Shown here: one piece after another, positions 61,501-64,000 of the stretch
Numbering within the stretch: the first letter of the stretch is position 1
Layout: the number at the start of each line of letters is the position of its first letter
Assembly: GCF_030028105.1 (NCBI RefSeq)
Contig: NC_092377.1
Coordinates: 117,762,632-117,826,631, forward strand
Direction of reading: 5' to 3'
DNA length: 64,000 nucleotides
Source: Mobula birostris
Taxonomy: Eukaryota
The notes under the pieces: generated by a model
What the model was told of the DNA's origin: nothing
What the model saw: only the letters and a program-made list of their open reading frames with translations
The model's database searches: none
Position numbers and translations under genes: made by a program

Positions 61501-64000
61501 TGTCAATTACTGTAGAGGGTTTCATACGTGCCAGGTGGTGGGAAAACCTAATTACGCCATCCCAAAAGCACCACTTATGCCGATACCTGCATTTGGTGAA
61601 CCATTTTCCAGGGTCATAATGGATTGTGTAGGCCCATTGTCATCAGTACTTGTTAACAATTATGTGCACTGCATCTAGGTTCCCTGAAGCCGTGCCTCTC
61701 AGAAACATCCAGGCCAAGACTGTGGTAAAGGCACTCAGCAAGTTTTTCGCACTGGTAGGTCTACCTAAAGAAATTCAATCTGACCAGGGTAGTAACTTTA
61801 CTTCAAGAACTTTCCATCAAGTACTTTTGGAGCTGGGGGCTAAACAAATTGTGTTATCTGCCTACCATTGGAGTCTCAAGGGGGTTTGGGGTGGTTCCAT
61901 TCCACCTTAAAGACTATGATTAAAACCTACTGTTATGAGAATGACAGGGAGTGGGATGAAGGGATATATTTATTACTTTTTGCTGTGAGAGATACCATTC
62001 AAGAGTCCCTGGGGTTTAGCTGGTTTGAGCTCATTTTCGGCCATAGGCCCAAAGGACCTCTGTCCTTGCTCAGAGAGCAATGGTCTAACCCAAAGGTGTG
62101 TGTCAGTGTGTTAGATTATGTTTTGAAATTCCGGGAAAGGCTTAACAAGGCTTATGACCTTGCCAAGAAGAATCTGCAAAACTCCTAAATTAAAGTGAAG
62201 CATTGGTTTGATAAGAGATGGGGGGAGCAGGTGTTTGAGGTTGGAGATAAAGTGCTGGTGCTGTTCCCCTTGTGACCAAACCACCCCCCCCCCAGCACAA
62301 TTTCATGGACCATACCATATAATTAAGAAAATTGATTCTTTGAATTATGTTATTGAAACTCCCGATAGAAGGAAGGCGACCCAATTAGTACATGTAAAAT
62401 GCTGAAGCCTCATGACTCTGAGACGGGACCAATAAGTACTGTTATGAAAACAAATGGGGCTGTGGAATTTGATAATGAGGTGCAAGATCATTTTAACAAA
62501 CTGAATATCGTATCAACAAGACTTGAGAATTCCACTATTTTGAGACCTTGCTGATAAAACATAGAAACATAGAAAATAGGTGCAGGAGTAGGCCATTCGG
62601 TCCTTCGAGACGGCACCGCCATTCAGTATGATCATGGCTGATCATCCAACTCAGAACCCTACACCTGCCTTCTCTTCATACCCCCTGATCCTTTTAGCCA
62701 CAAGCGCCATATCTGACTCCCTCTTAAATATAGCCAATGAACTGGCCTCAACTGTTTCCTGTGGCAGAGAATTTCACAGATTCACCACTCTCTGTGTGAA
62801 GAAGTTTTTCCTCATCTGGGTCCTAAAAGGCTTCCCCTTTATCCGCAAACTGTGACCCCTCGTTTTGGACTTCCCCAACATCGGGAACAATCTTCCTGCA
62901 TCTAGCCTGTCCAATCCCTTTAGGTTTTTATACGTTTCAATAAGATCCCCCCTCAATCTTCTAAATTGCAGAGAGTATAAGCCTAGTCGATCCAGTCTTT
63001 CATCATATGAAAGTCCTGCCATTCCAGGAATTAATCTGGTGAACCTTCTTTGTACTCCCTCTATAGCAAGAATGTCTTTCCTCAGATTAGGGGACCAAAA
63101 CTGCACACAATAGCCCAGGTGTGGTCTCACCAAGGCCTTGTACAACTGCAGTAGTACCTCCCTGCTCCTGTACTCGAATCCTCTTGCTATGAATGCCAGC
63201 ATACCATTCGCCTTCTTCACCGCCTGCTGTACCTGCATGCCCACTTTCAATGACTGGTGTATAGTGACAGTCAGGTCTCGTTGGATCTCCCTTTTTCCTA
63301 ATCGGCAACAATTCAGGTAATAATCTGTTTTCCTGTTTTTGCCACCAAAGAGGATAACCTCACATTTATCCACATTAAATTGCATCTGCCATGAATTTGC
63401 CCACTCACCTAACCTATCCTAGTCACCCTGAATCCTCTTAGCATCCTCCTCACAGCTAACACTGCCGCCCAGCTTCGTGTCATCTGCAAACTTGGAGATG
63501 CTGCATTTAATTCCCTTGTCCAAGTCATTTATATTGTAAACAACTGGGGTCCCAGCACTGAGCCTTGCGGTACCCCACTAGTCACTGCCTGCCATTCTGA
63601 AAAGGTCCCGTTTATTCCCACTCTTTCCTTCCTGTCTGCCAACCAATTCTCTATCCACATCAATACGATACCCCCAATACCGTGTGCTTTAAGTTTGCAC
63701 ACTAGTCTCCTGTGTGGGACCTTGTCAAAAGCTTTTTGAAAATCCAAATATACCACATCCACTGTTTCTCCCTTATCCACCCTACAAGCTACATCCTCAA
63801 AAAATACTATGAGATTCGTCAGACATGAGTTTCCTTCCACAAATCCATGCTGACATTGTCCGATGATTTCACTGCTTTCCAAATGTGCTGTTATCACATC
63901 GTTGATAACTGACTCTAGCATTTTGCCCACCATCGACGTTAGGCTAACCGGAGTCCATCATCTGGAGCCTGCACAGAGAAAACAATTGAAAGAATTAATT
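58529..64000 (+). mobile_element. Gmr1-type LTR retrotransposon, copy C (5' LTR 58529-59329), runs off the window
   Basis: Paralog of copy B at an offset of ~21.56 kb. Confidence 0.93.
62557..63951 (-). mobile_element. CR1 LINE nested antisense in copy C
   Basis: ORFs 63529..63933 and 62774..63385; paralog of 40993-42380. Confidence 0.93.

Overview
Vertebrate genomic DNA, by inference an elasmobranch (shark/ray-type trypsin, CR1 LINEs with (TTCTATG)n-type tails). The window holds a tandem trypsinogen array built from a ~21.5-kb segmental duplication (ATGs at 7685, 29124 and 50761; the third unit runs off the window). Each unit carries one intact 5-exon trypsinogen on + (coding exons 40/160/251/137/150 nt, 245 aa, GC-AG intron 2). 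Genes 2 and 3 are near-identical canonical trypsins. Gene 1 is remodelled on the loops around the active-site cleft (E192, D217, W174/R175, 90s loop; 13 replacement vs 2 silent codon changes in exon 4), which makes it a candidate inhibitor-resistant or re-specified trypsin. Head-to-head with the + genes are decayed minus-strand protease remnants with micro-exon-like modules. The rest is TE material: L1, several CR1s, RTE, a solo LTR, and a four-level nest (Rex1/Babar > Penelope-like inverted pair with minimal hammerhead ribozyme motifs > Gmr1-type LTR element with PR-INT-RT-RH order > CR1) whose target-site duplications can be rebuilt by comparing the paralogous units. There are three minisatellites, one apparently derived from CR1 ORF2, and three N gaps. 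All coordinates and counts were read by hand; no searches were run.
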